A DNA stretch of 62,096 nucleotides, filler included, from Vermamoeba vermiformis (lineage: Eukaryota): assembly GCA_045837725.1 (NCBI GenBank). It is 3 parts of 3 records of this genome, joined end to end, with 100 filler letters (N's around TTAATTAATTAA, not from the genome) between each part and the next. Parts side by side here need not be neighbours in the genome. Positions count along the whole stretch, not along the records: positions 1 to 31,452 come from JBEWZL010000111.1; positions 31,553 to 43,257 come from JBEWZL010000112.1; 1 more part is not named here. The stretch is one strand, 5' to 3'. The notes under the pieces were generated by a model that was not told where the DNA came from, made no database searches, and saw only the letters and a program-made list of their open reading frames with translations. Shown one piece after another: positions 27,031 to 39,288 of this stretch. Numbering within the stretch: the first letter of the stretch is position 1; each line of letters starts with the position of its first letter. The position numbers and the translations under genes were made by a program.

Positions 27031-29467
27031 TTACTGGACTATTTGAATGAGATTTTGCTCTAGGAGCAGATCCACAGCGTCTTTATACGCAAGCTGCAAA
27101 GACTCATCGGCACTCGTCGTACTTTCCCCAAGACCACCACTAACGCCAAGACACGGGTCCAGCCGAATTGGCAAAATGACCTATGAAAATTTCCTAATTA
27201 GGCAAATACTTATCAACATCAAATTTCTTTTCGTTTACCTTCGTAATGAACGTAGTTGTTTCGCCATTGTTCCACCTTGCCGTATCAATCCCTAATAAAG
27301 TTATTAATAACTTATGTCATAAGATATGCTATAAAATTTCCTTACTTATTTGCGAAGAAGATTGGCCAATCGAACTGATCCATTTATCGATGACTTGTTT
27401 CGGACTATTACCTTCGGAGATTTCATTTTGAGCGATTTGAACGACGTTCGGAGTTTCGTGCCACAATTCAAGAACGTTCAAACTATTCTCTTCGACGATC
27501 ATTTGCGTATTTTCTAATTGCATCGGCACTGGTCTATTAAAATTTAACGCAACAGGGCTTAAAGAATTCTTCGAATTGTTATTATTGTTCTTTGGTGGCG
27601 GGGAATTCATGTTGACATCTTTCTTGAGCTCGAGTTCCATGCCTTCAAAGAACTCATCGATGCGATTTAACTTGGCTTCGTAAGGCTCTGGCTCTATCTC
27701 TTTGAAGTGATGGCCGTACTTGGATTCAACTTTCTAAACCAAGGACGTTAGTACTATACGTGTATTTTCTGCCAGACAGCAACGCTGAAAACAAATTTGC
27801 TGTGGACCGCAAGGCCGTTAATTTCTTTCATTCACAAGTACCACGAAGAAATGTCTTAAGGACGTCAAATTGACACGTGTCATACAGAGTTGAGTGAGTA
27901 CGCTTACCTCTTCAATACTCTGAGTCAAGGCCACAAAGTCGCTGATCGTCGTGAACAATCGACTCATGCCCACAGGCACATCGCTGCTGTCGTGGCCCAT
28001 AACTGTCGCGACAACTTCTTGTTCCGTGTAGTCCGTTCTGTTGTCAAAGTCCATCACGCGTTGTCCGCACAGTTGTGAGCTGAGCAGCAGAAATTGACCG
28101 GAGCTAATCACGCACGTGTTGTTCGCTTTTTTCTGTCGTTTGAGGACCACGCCGTACTTGAAGAACGGTGCAAAATCAGCCCAATTAACATCTTCTTCTT
28201 CTCGGATCCTTTTTGCAATCTAATTATATGCGTCAATAAAACAAGTTCGGTTTGGATTCCGAAAAGTTCAAAAAAAAATCCACTCGTTCTATTTTGAGTA
28301 GCTTCCGTAATTAAAAATCATCCAAAAAAGGAAATTTCAATGTTTTTGCCGTTTTTAAAGTTGTCGCAGAAACTTACAAGGTCCGAGGGCAAATTTTGAA
28401 TGGCTTGATGACCGAGCACTGCGCGACCAAGAACTGACTTGCTGTTTCTTCGGGCATAAGCAGCTCGCAAGAAAATGTTTTGCTAGCGTCAAGTATGAGC
28501 TATTGTGGCATATTATTATATCGTTAGACTTACTGTAACGTCAAGTTCGGTCGGCAAAGTGAAGATCCGGCAGTCAAAAAAAGCGACGTTGCTGTTGACT
28601 TTTTCGATGAGCTATTAACATGATTAGATTATATATATACCATATAAGCGTTATATATTATATGAAATGATCTTACGTCTTTTTCAGTTGCGCTGTCGAA
28701 TTGTTGCCTCGCTAAATGGAAGTTGAACCTATTTTTGGAAAAAAGGACTTTAATCCAGAATCTTAAATAACTCTCGATATGACTTACCTAACGCTGCAAT
28801 AGCCCGATATCATCGAGACTAAGCGCAAAACTCGCTCTTTATTGTTTTCATTTTTCTGAAAGATCTGATCGAGAAAATTGGTGGTTAGCCAAATTGAATC
28901 ATTATGGTACGTAAGGCTTACTAAAGATATCTCGTCGGTTTGAACATAAGCTGAAACGCAATGAAATCTAATGATGGCGTCTTGAGCAGTCAAAATCATT
29001 GCGGTATCCACTGAAAACTAGCGTTAGAAGCAAATAAAGATGTTAATAAGCGTTTATTGGTACCTCTATAGTCGTTGGGTTTACGAAAGCCTTTCATAAA
29101 GTTCGAGAATCGGTTGCCATCCAATCTGGCGATGAAAGGTTTTGGATCTGAAAATAGAAAATTAAAATCTAAATTCAAAATAATTTATAGACGTCAAAAA
29201 ACCGCTCTATAACGTTTATATATGGATATAGTATCATAATCATGCGATGAATAATTTTTCTAAAATATCTATGTCAAGATTTCTCGGATCCAGATCAATT
29301 TCTCTGACGTACCTAAAATGAATTTAAATTCGGATTCATATTCCTTCATTTTTTGCTCCATTTGGCGGATGACATTGTCCGCTCCTTTCGGACTTCCATT
29401 CGATCTGAATTAATAATTCTGTCAGCCTCCAGAGCTTGTTTACGTCTGAAACTTACTTAGAACTCAT
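27031..29467 (-). CDS. Thg1-like 3'-5' polymerase / tRNA-His guanylyltransferase family protein with C-terminal dsRBM-like extension
   Basis: MKEYES, FIARLDGNRFSNF, AYVQTDEISL, AFFDCRIF and FKYG motifs. Spliced C-terminal exons end LAYKDAVDLLLEQNLIQIVQ*. Confidence 0.85.
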
Positions 29468-29776
29468 GGCCTATGCGTTACTAATATAGAAACGTATTAA
29501 CATTAGTTGCTTTTGGTTGGCGAGAAAAAATAAATGAAATAAATTTAGCGATCCTTTTTTGGTACTAAGGTTTGGCGCAACAAGGGCTTTTGATATTCAA
29601 GTCTCTCTTTGTTAAGGTAGCGTACAATTCCAGTTTATTAATAACTACTATTAAAATAACAACAAAGCAACCACCGGTCAACAAAAGAGTAACACGTGAC
29701 AAGGTTTATTTGATCGAATTAGCAGAATGCCAGGAGGGCAACTACAGCCAATGAACCAAGACCTAATATATTGGCA

Positions 29777-31452
29777 TTAGCATGAGATTACCAAAATAAC
29801 AATAAGATAGGATAACAATAACGAACCGAAAGTTGTAGCGCCAGAAGTGCGCGCGCTAGGGCTGTTAGAAGCTGAAGGACCGTTAGATGAGCCTGATGGC
29901 GTAGCAGAAGGAGTAATAGTATCGGAGAGTGGCGCAGCACCATTGGCGAGTTGTTTGAAGCCTCCTTGGACTTGCCAGCCAGGGTTGGTATCCATCGTGA
30001 ATTCCTACATTGAGTTAGTCTTAGTATTCTTCAGATAAGAGTGATATACTTACGTATGCACCGACAGTGGGAGGGTTGTTACGAGGCAAGCCGTTGAAAT
30101 CTGTTTCAGTCGAGTGAGATGCGTCACCAGCTTTAATAAGTGCGGATGCGACAGCAGGATAAAGGTTGTTGTTGGCTGCATTAGCAAAGACTTGAGCAAC
30201 AGTTGAGGATAATAAGAAGTTTGAGCTGGGGATGGTAGGCACAGATCCCAAGTAACCGTTATTTGTAACGGTAACACCTTCGAAATTGGATCAGTTCTTC
30301 GAAATTTCATCGGAAAGATGTGAGTACTACAACTTACTGTTGAATGGGCCTCCGTTAATCGCAGCGGTACCAGGGCAATAGAAAACGTTGTTTGAGATCA
30401 CGGAGTTGGTCGTACTGCTTTCAACATTCAAGCATCTGGCCGCGCTGTTGGTGCTATAGACCGTGTTATGGATCATAACGATGTTACGAGGATTAGTCGT
30501 AACTGAGTTGACAGAGATGTAAATTCCAGCGGCCTCTATTTAAGGGGATTAGAAACGATCAAAAACAAAATCAGAAACTTGGATGTGCATCCAAGAAAAC
30601 TGATCAAGAAAAAAGAATTGAATTATGCTTACTAGGGCCCCAACCAATAACAAGATTATTTCTAACAATAGCACCAGCAGTCACTTGAATGCCGTTGTCG
30701 CTTTGAGTTCCCAAAGCAACGTTGCCTTCAATGAGATTGACTCCGCGATCATAGTCGTCGTAGAGAAGCACACAAACACCAGGAATATTCTTGCAGACGT
30801 TATGGCGGACGATGTTGTTGTGAGATCCGGTCTTGATTTGGAAGCCGGATGCGCCTGAGCCTGAGCCATCAGTCGTTGTATCGTGGCAGTAGTTGAACTC
30901 AACAATAGAATTGAACGTTCTGCAACCATCGGCTGAACAGCCCATATAGACGCATTCACCGCTAAGCTCTGAAATTTCATTAGTCAGTCAAAGTTCTCCA
31001 TCCAAACTCCGCTCGAGGGCGAATCACGATTAATTCTTGTTGCTTTTTACGTACTTGTGCCACTGAACTCGCTGTATCTCAAAGTAATGTTCTCGTAGGT
31101 TCTACCGCCGTCGTTGGCGCTGAAAGCGTTGGCACCAATATCGTGGATGTAAATGCTGTCGAACACAACGTGCGAAGTATCTGCCATAATTCATTAGATA
31201 ATTAATAAAATTATTTTCCTAATAATACAGATTATTTTTGATTCTGATTCAAAACTTACCTGAAGTTTCGCCCAAACGGACTCCACGACCTCCGCCTGTA
31301 AATTCAATGCCCTTCACCGCAAAATAAGCACCGTTGAGGTTCCAAATATTTTCTTGAGTTGTTTGTTTGAACACTGGACGTCCTTCACCTGAAGCTGCTT
31401 GAACGACGATCGGATTCGTTTCAGTTCCAGTCCAAGTAGCCGCGAACTTTCC
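29777..31452 (-). CDS. Right-handed parallel beta-helix cell-surface protein, probably GPI-anchored (5' end lost at gap)
   Basis: GTETNPIVVQAASGEGRPV, repeated beta-helix turns (FNYCHDT, NNIVRHNV), an S/T/P stalk and a hydrophobic C-terminus. Confidence 0.8.
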
Positions 31453-31552
31453 NNNNNNNNNNNNNNNNNNNNNNNNNNNNNNNNNNNNNNNNNNNNTTAA
31501 TTAATTAANNNNNNNNNNNNNNNNNNNNNNNNNNNNNNNNNNNNNNNNNNNN
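31453..31552. other. Artificial contig linker (N44-TTAATTAATTAA-N44)
   Basis: Exactly 100 nt with a central six-frame stop cassette; identical to 43258-43357. Confidence 0.97.
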
Positions 31553-32731
31553 GCTATCTCCAATAACACCGCAGAGCCAAGAAAAAGTGCCATTTTGTTG
31601 TTTCAAATGCTCTTCAGTCACGAGCAGGGCACTGCCGTTGAATGCTCTAAGAACAAATTAAACCTTTAGTTAGTTCGGTTATTCGGTCAAAATTTGCATT
31701 GATTACTTGAACACGCGGAACTCGAAGTTAATGCTGATTGGTTCATCGACATTTGAGACCAGTGAATGGGCGTGAATTGTAATCACGTTGTCATTTTCAT
31801 TCGTTTTCCAAGTGCAATTGTATTGAAATCCACTGGCCACTGATTAAAATAAATTTATTATTATTTCCCAGCATTATTCATATATATATTTTTTTAAACT
31901 TACGTCCTATCTCACATCGTTGATGCGCGTAAAACGTAATAGAATAGACTGCACTCGGTGCAATTCTTCGGACGTCATATAATAATAAGATAGCGTAAGC
32001 CTCTGTAGAATCGATGTCCGTTGGGCTTGGATCTTTGAGCGTTGGGCCTTGCCTTTAAAAAATAAAATGTTAGGGGAAACAAGTTTCGGATCCAGCTCCA
32101 AAAAATTGCTTACCAATTAATTATAGGAATGCTCAGCGGTATGTAATGAACATCTTGTCGCAAAGTCAATTCGCGAAGATGATTTGTTCCTTCGAGATCT
32201 GGTCGGCGTTCAATTTCCGCGAGTTCGTTGGCGGAAAATTTTGCATTTTTTGACAACAGCCATTCGATAAGTGCCATTGAACTGATTCTACCATTATACT
32301 GGAGGCATGCGTTGCCTAAAGTACTTTCTAATCGAATTCCATTGATTGTGTTTTGGAGAAGTGGGTTCAATAGAGCGTTGACATCTGTCAAAGTGTCAAA
32401 GTGTCACTTTAAACAACGTTCGTGAAGCATAATGTGGAGCTAAAAATAGCTCAATTACATCATTCATGAATAAATTCGAATGACTCTATTACGGAACCTA
32501 AATATAGTAATAATTGTTACCTGCTCCGCGGCCAATCAGCTCGTCAAAGAATTCAGCAGGATTGACGTTGTACCTGCCCCTGAACTGCGCAATTGCAGCA
32601 ATATATCCCGTGGTAGGCACCAATGGCGTGTGTTCTACGAGGACTCTGAACTCGGGTAAATACCAATGATAGCAACTTAATTCCAGTGGTGCCAACTAAA
32701 CACAAATGAGCGTTTGGAGTAATTTATAATA

Positions 32732-32894
32732 ATAGTCAGTTACATATTTTGTCCCAACGTTGCGTATTTTGTCCCAACGATAATCTCGAAGCAATCTCCT
32801 GTTATCTTTTTCGCGCGCGATTTATTTGTCCGTTTTTAATTATATTCCATTAGGAGATAAAATTGTCGTTGGGACAAAATGTGTAACTGACTAT
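32732..32894. mobile_element. ~160-bp MITE in an intron
   Basis: 28-bp TIRs: ATAGTCAGTTACATATTTTGTCCCAACG (32732-32759) and CGTTGGGACAAAATGTGTAACTGACTAT (32867-32894), one mismatch. An internal extra copy of TATTTTGTCCCAACG is present. Confidence 0.8.
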
Positions 32895-33294
32895 AAAATG
32901 CGATCTTATACGTACTTTGTAATTCAATGGAATTTTTAGGTTTTTGTCAGGACAAGTGCCGGTCAAATTGAACGGATACGTCTCTTTGTGTTGAAGCAGA
33001 TCTGACAGAAATTGCGCTGCTGTGCAAGATAACTATCGAAAATATTTAAAAATGGATATTAAATAGTAGTATGAATTATGTTGAGGCTTACCAGGCGAAA
33101 TTTTGGAGCGAAAGCCGAGATCTTGCTCGACAAAATTATCCGAAGCAAGATATGACTATATTTGGATGCAAAACGCATTATCTTGTCGATTAAGCTGTCT
33201 TTTTCAATTGTTACAGGCTTTGAATCAACTACTAACTTGTTTTCAAGTGATCGAATGCTGATCCACAAAAAGCTTTGAAAATCATTGTTGATGA

Positions 33295-33331
33295 ATCGAA
33301 AAGTATTGTAAAAACGCATTTGAGTAAATTT
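33295..33331 (+). repeat. Left terminal inverted repeat
   Basis: ATCGAAAAGTATTGTAAAAACGCATTTGAGTAAATTT. Confidence 0.9.
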
Positions 33332-33353
33332 CGCACTTTTATAAGACAACTGG

Positions 33354-36300
33354 TTATTTTTTCCTTCTTTTCTGTTCATACTCTGCCCATTCCTGGTTTT
33401 TGCTTTGGTCAGCATCAATGAAGCAATTTCGTGGTTCCCACGATTGCTCTCCATTTTCCCACAGAACCAACCATTCTAATCTGTTTCCATTCTTCCTATG
33501 GTCAACTACTCTTTTGACAATCCATTCCTCTTGGTCTTGAAAAGAATTAGTATTGGTTCAAATAGTTGCCAACAGCATACCCTGAGTGAAATCTCGTTTG
33601 CGCTTTTTGGTTAACACTTCTACCTCTGGTTTTGAGCTAGTACTAATTATTGGGGCAGGCACTTCTGGTTTCACTTGCCCAATGGAGAACATTGCTTCAG
33701 AACTTTGAATCGGTTCGTATTGTGCCAGAGCTTCAAAATATTCAATTGCCTAAACTAGCCTTAAGAAACGGTTTCAAAGTTGAAAGCTTACTTGTTTTGA
33801 CAAGAATTTCTGAGCCTTGCTAACAATAGTTTGAATCAAATCGGCAGAAGGGCAAGTGGGTTGTATCACAGAAGGCTGACCAGATGGAGCTGCGCTGAAA
33901 AGTTCATCTTTAACTTCTGTCCATTCATTATCCAGTGACTGTTTCTTATACAAAAGAGAAGGAGTGTTGTCAAGTCCAGGTTTGATCCAAAATGCATACT
34001 TGTCCTTATGTCCACTTATTGACTGTGAAAAGCCAAGAAACCATTTCTTCCATGAATATACTGGCCATTGTAATTCACGAATGAGAATGTCTTTTGGATA
34101 GATGGCTCTGGCAAATTCCACTGCTTGGTCCATAGTTTCTATAACTTTCCATCGAAAGTAAGTGTGGAATAACTGAAACAATCTATCAATGTCTTCATGG
34201 GTATGTCCAGGTTGAAGGTAGTGAATGAATATTTCATCGAACCAGTTATGGTGCACTAAAGCTGCTGCAAACTGTAGCAGATACTGGTTCTTTCCTTCTG
34301 CGGCACTGTTATCTACTTGCAAGTAAAGAGTTCTTGGTCTCTTGCCTGGGTCTAGAGTGAGAAGTGACTCTTTTAGGTGATGGAAAAGCAGTGAAATGTA
34401 AAAGTCTGAATCTGCTACATAATCTGTTTCCTTGAAAAACACCAATTCTCTCTTGTTCAGACCATGGTTGATGAAGCCAACAAAACTGACAGGTAGGAAA
34501 GTTACATTTGTCCATTCTTTTGGCATTGGATGAAAATGAGGCAACCAAAATGAGCCACTTTTGTCCGTAATGACACTCATCTTGAGGTGAGGCTGCTTGA
34601 TAGCAATATCTGTTCGAACTCGATAACCTTGTCTATCTCTGGTAATATAGGCTATATGATCTTGCATTTGTTGCTTAAGAGCTGAAAGAGTTTTTTCACA
34701 CAGACCAGATTGAAGTCGCTTCTGTTTAATTAATAGGCATGTTGAGCACTTTCCCAGTCTGGTTTCTTTCGGTCTTTTAACATTCTAAATTGATAATTAG
34801 TATTAATAGGATTCAAGTTAATGTACCTTAAATTGCTTGTGCCTCACTTGCTTGAATGTCTCAAAACTGGGAATATCTTCAGTTGGCCGTTGCAGTTTGC
34901 ACTCTTCTGCAAAAAGTTTGTACCACTCTTTGTTTCTGAAGCTAGCAATTACAACCATATTCTATTTTATACACAAACTTACGTTAAATGAGATGGTAAG
35001 TGAATTTCATCCTTTGTAGGAACATAGTCTCCATAGGTTTCACAATAAGCTGAAATCCATGCTGCAACAGAGTCTCTCTTTGGAGTATCATATACTCGAA
35101 AGTAATTACCATGTAGAGTTGCAGTACTGCCATTAAGGTGCATTTGCTTGCAGTGAATCACTTTCTGAACGGCTACACCATAGATCCGACAGAAAGCCAA
35201 CTGACAAACTGACATTCCATTGATCAAAAACACAACTGAAGGATCTGATATATTCATGTTGGTTCCCATAAATTTCAATAGCCAAGTTGTTTTTTCACTT
35301 TCATTCATGTCAGCTACCATTTTGCGACATTTGAGAATCTGTTGATACGTAAACAATGAAGTGCACCTTGCATTACAACAGCTATCTTGTTGAACTGGTG
35401 TAAACAAGTTAGAGGTGTTTTTTTAGAAGCGAAAACATACCCTTTGTTATTGACTGTTCACTCACTAGTTTGTCTTTCTTTGCATGTTGGGCTTTCTGAG
35501 AGGGAACTTTCACGGCTGTGAGCTCTCTGAAAAATGAGCGAGAGATGAGTGGCTCCTCTTCAGCTTTTGATATAATGGATTGAAACAATGCAATTCCATT
35601 AACTTCTTTCTTAGTTGCCAGGTCCTATTTAGATTGTCAATACTGGAATACAGACAAATGTCAACAGACCTGCTGCTTAATGTACACCAAATGATCAATG
35701 TATTGTTTGTTTTTGCTAACATTGATATCTTCATTCACTCGATAGGCTATACCATTGTTTTGCATCCCATCATAAAAGTATGTGGTGTTGTTGTTAAGAA
35801 AGTAACACGTGGTGTGCACCCCATCACACATCAAAGCACTTAGTAGACTATATGAGCTATCTCCAAAGTGGAGAGTTGGTTCAATTTGTAAATTAATATT
35901 GGTGAACTGTCTCTTATATCTGCCCAACTCCACTGTGAGAACGGTTGGAAGGTGCATTGTTCCTAACACATTTGTAAGAATATATCTTTGACATCACTGG
36001 AGTTTCTTACGATGTTCCACTGCAAATTCTCCACAAAATTCACACGGCATAGGCATTTTTTGGCAATAGTCTATCAAATGGTGAATTGAAGCCTGAACGG
36101 AGAGTGTACTGTCAGAAAGTTTCTCAGCAACATAAACAGTTGGGTTGTTGAATTGTTTGATAGTTAAGGGGCAGCGGCAATTTGATCTGTGCTCTTCAGA
36201 AGTGCAAAAAAGGGTTGCTTCAGCTGTGGGCAAGGTTTTGATAGCAGCAGACAGTATTGCTCCAATAGAAACGTATGATTGGCACGGAGTCCATCCAGCT

Positions 36301-36564
36301 ACTGGTCCAAGAGCTTCAATTAAATCAACTTTCAATTGATGTAATGCTGAGCTTGATAATGGTGCAAATTGAATCCAGGTTGCAAGCAAGCGAAAGAAAT
36401 TACTAGTCAGCTGCAAATCAGGAATACACTGCAGTGTTAGGCGAAGCACCAGGGCAACAGTTTCAATAGTGCACAGATCTTTCATTCCTAGTTTCTAGGT
36501 TAGTACTACTAATGAGGAAGCTCACCAAGTCCTACCAGCTGAGCCCCACAGGAATCCTTGAAAT
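33354..36564 (-). CDS. USP(C19)-like peptidase + Sola1-like DDD transposase + chromodomain fusion (spliced; true start upstream of 36564 not found)
   Basis: Exons splice in frame across introns including 35963-36010, 35625-35669, 35395-35440, 33750-33791 and 33536-33580. Transposase motifs: VCQLAFCRIYGV, RPKETRLGKCSTC, VITDK, LYLQVDNSAAEGKNQY, QPGHTHEDIDRLF. The last exon (33354-33535) reads EEWIVKRVVDHRKNGNRLEWLVLWENGEQSWEP. Confidence 0.85.
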
Positions 36565-37655
36565 CTAAAAAAGACAAGTCAGTCACTAACTTGAGCAGTG
36601 ATTTTTCAACGAGCCAACAATATAATATATAAACTATAAATGATTAACAATATTCAATTATCAATGAAATAGTGTTCGGCAAAGTCGTAGACCAGAGGTG
36701 CAAAAGTTGGTGCAAAGTTTGTTTCGACATCATCGCTGAGTCATTTTTCAGACAGTCGAATATCATTGAATTAGGCATAATGTGGTGTATTAAGTGCATA
36801 TATTAAGTTAGTTTTGTTCGGCAAACAGTTGCGCAATGGGAGGACTCAACAACCGAACTGTAACTACCAGTCAAGATTTTTCATTTGATAAGTAATTGCA
36901 CGTTTATATTATGCACAATTAATACTTCATATAATTACTCTTTAGGAAGTTCGGCAAAGTAGTGTTGGAAAGTGGTTAAAGTTGGATCTGACTGCCGGCA
37001 GAACTTGTATTCCACAGTAAGCCATGCAAAGGCTACAAATGTCAAATAGGACAATATATTCATTTATCTATCTTTTCTGAGTTATCTGATTGCTGTATAT
37101 GGAGTTACAAGTGCATTTAACTTGGTTGCCGAACATTTTACTGAGGGCACGGGGTAGTTGGCATTAAAGATAAGCTATAAACAAAGCATAAACAAAACAA
37201 AGCCCATAAGTGCATTATATACTATATTAATATCATCATATAATATTAACAGCACTGAATAATTATTAGAAATGACTTGCGAGGCAGATATGAAATTGTG
37301 CCGATCACTTTTTTCATTAAATTGTCAATTCCTTCATTAGGATATTATTAGAGCTGTACTTTAAAGCCCTTTTAATTATTAATAACTCAAAAGAATAATT
37401 TCTAATGACTTCCGAAGAGGGAGGAAAATCAAATCTGACCCGGCTTACCTTGAATTAATCTCCATAGTGTTTTGAATAAAATGACCAATGATATTGATGT
37501 TATTATTAATAGTAGCTGTAGTAGTTGTGGGTTATCTTGTTGATAGTAATAAGAAAATGGCTTGGTAAATTGGCTCGTGCCCAAAGCCCTGGTAACTTCC
37601 TTTTTTGGGAGAACAAAATCAGAAGTTGCTCGGAAGTCATTAGATAACCACAACA

Positions 37656-39114
37656 ATGGCTAATAACCCAGAAAACTCTATTATTGAAGTACCAACAACC
37701 CCCTGAAGATGCAAGCCCTCCCGAGCAAAAGACTGAAACTGATTCCTCAGATCTGAATCCATCTCGGAAGTCATTAGGTATGAGATATTACCTTTAATAA
37801 TTAGGATATAATAGTAAAATAATATACATTAGCTTAATGTAAGCTTAATTTCATTTTTCAATAGCTGACAATTCTGCCGATGATTCAAATCTAGCTCGAT
37901 CCAAAGAAAAAAGCTCAGATCAACTCCTCAATACTATAGGTAATAAATAATTACACTACTATCTAAAATATAATATTATAATGCATTATTATAGAAGATA
38001 AAGCCATTAGCTTGGACGGCCAAGAAAAGCCTGTCGCCGATCCAGTTTCATCCGAACAAGACAAGAGTAAGTCCTACTGTTTGTACACTTCTACAATAGT
38101 TAACTCTCACTGCAGAGGACATCACTGAGTACTTCATTTACTTCGGAGAGCCTTGGGAAAAGAAGTGTTATTATAAAGTGACTCGAAGAGTGGACAACTT
38201 CTGCATCGAGGCAGGAGACTTGGTTGCCTTGAAATCAAATGCTGGGCTCCACACTGTCCTTCTCATTAAGAGAAACAAACAATACAACAAAGTCCTTCTT
38301 GCCGACCCAACTCTAGCAAAGGTCATCGAGGTCAAGTTCAGCGAGGTCCTGACAATCCACGGCAAAACAAGCTCTGGGCAACAGCCCCAACTGGACATAT
38401 TATTCAAGGAGTACATCAGTGCAAAGGTAACCTAGCTATCTATCAAGATAAAAGCTTATTCACCTTGTAGAAAAAAAAGTTATCTCCGGCAAAGTCCAAA
38501 TTAAAGCCCAAAGAAATGCATCCAAAGAGTGCAACTCGTACCCAACCACCTCGTTCTTCTCGTTCTCCTCCTGTGAAGAGTGTGCCAGTAATCAAAAAAG
38601 GTATAATCAAAAACATCAGTAGTATTGTCTAATAACCTTGAACTTAGAGCTAAAGCAAGCAATCCCTCAGGCACTGCGTCGAAGAAAGGAGCGCAAGCCA
38701 GCTCCAAAGATATTACCTGACTCCTCATCCTCTGACTCGGAGAGCTCTGTTAGTGTCAAGCCAAAGCCAAAGCAACAAAAGAAAGTGATGGAGGCTCCAA
38801 AGCTCAAGCCAGAGACGCTGCTCAAACCAACCCAACCATTGATTGATAGTGCTCTTCAAAATGCACCGTCTCTTTCTAATCAAGATTGTTCTCCAAATCC
38901 GATTGCTTTGGAACCTGCCACGCACAATGTCACTCAACTGTTCAACGTACCATTCCAGCTTCAAAAACTACTAGAGCTTCAACAAGTGCACCATCGGCAT
39001 GCAATGGCACAACAACAGGCTAATTTCATGTTGTTGTTACAACAGCAACAGCAAGCTGAGTCTCAAGAGGCATTCAGTGCAGTAGTGCAAACCTTCTCGA
39101 AATTAAATAATTAG
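37656..39114 (+). CDS. Transposon-borne multi-exon protein: acidic N-terminus, possible BAH/SH3-like barrel, basic linker, Q-rich tail (5' end uncertain, possible frameshift)
   Basis: Short GT-AG introns link exons up to YYKVTRRVDNFCIEAGDLVALKS... and ORF 38638-39114. The ATG at 37656 runs into a stop after a C5 run. Confidence 0.55.
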
Positions 39115-39226
39115 TTCCTGACGTTCTGCGAAATTCTTGCTAGTTAAATAAAATGAGAAACTTCTAGAAGTAATAGATTTCGTTGATTTTTTGTCAAAAT
39201 TTCGCTGAATTTCTAAAATAGTAGGG

Positions 39227-39233
39227 TATAAAA
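39227..39233 (+). promoter_or_regulatory. Candidate TATA box of the NEIL1-like gene
   Basis: GGGTATAAAAGG about 60 nt upstream of the ATG at 39289. Confidence 0.5.
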
Positions 39234-39288
39234 GGAGAATTCTTAGCAAACTGTCATTTTTAAATTGATTCTAAAGACAACACAACAA

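Noticed and set aside
5623-31452. Fragmented ORFs as pseudogenes or an alternative genetic code
   Set aside because: The breaks coincide with GT-AG introns and the exons join under the standard code.
31453-31552. TTAATTAATTAA palindrome within Ns as a biological site
   Set aside because: The identical 100-nt cassette occurs twice and gives stops in all frames. It is an assembly linker, so adjacency across it carries no information.
33059-33454. 131-aa ORF as a gene
   Set aside because: It is a chimeric read-through of an off-frame transposon end, the TIR and the host exon.
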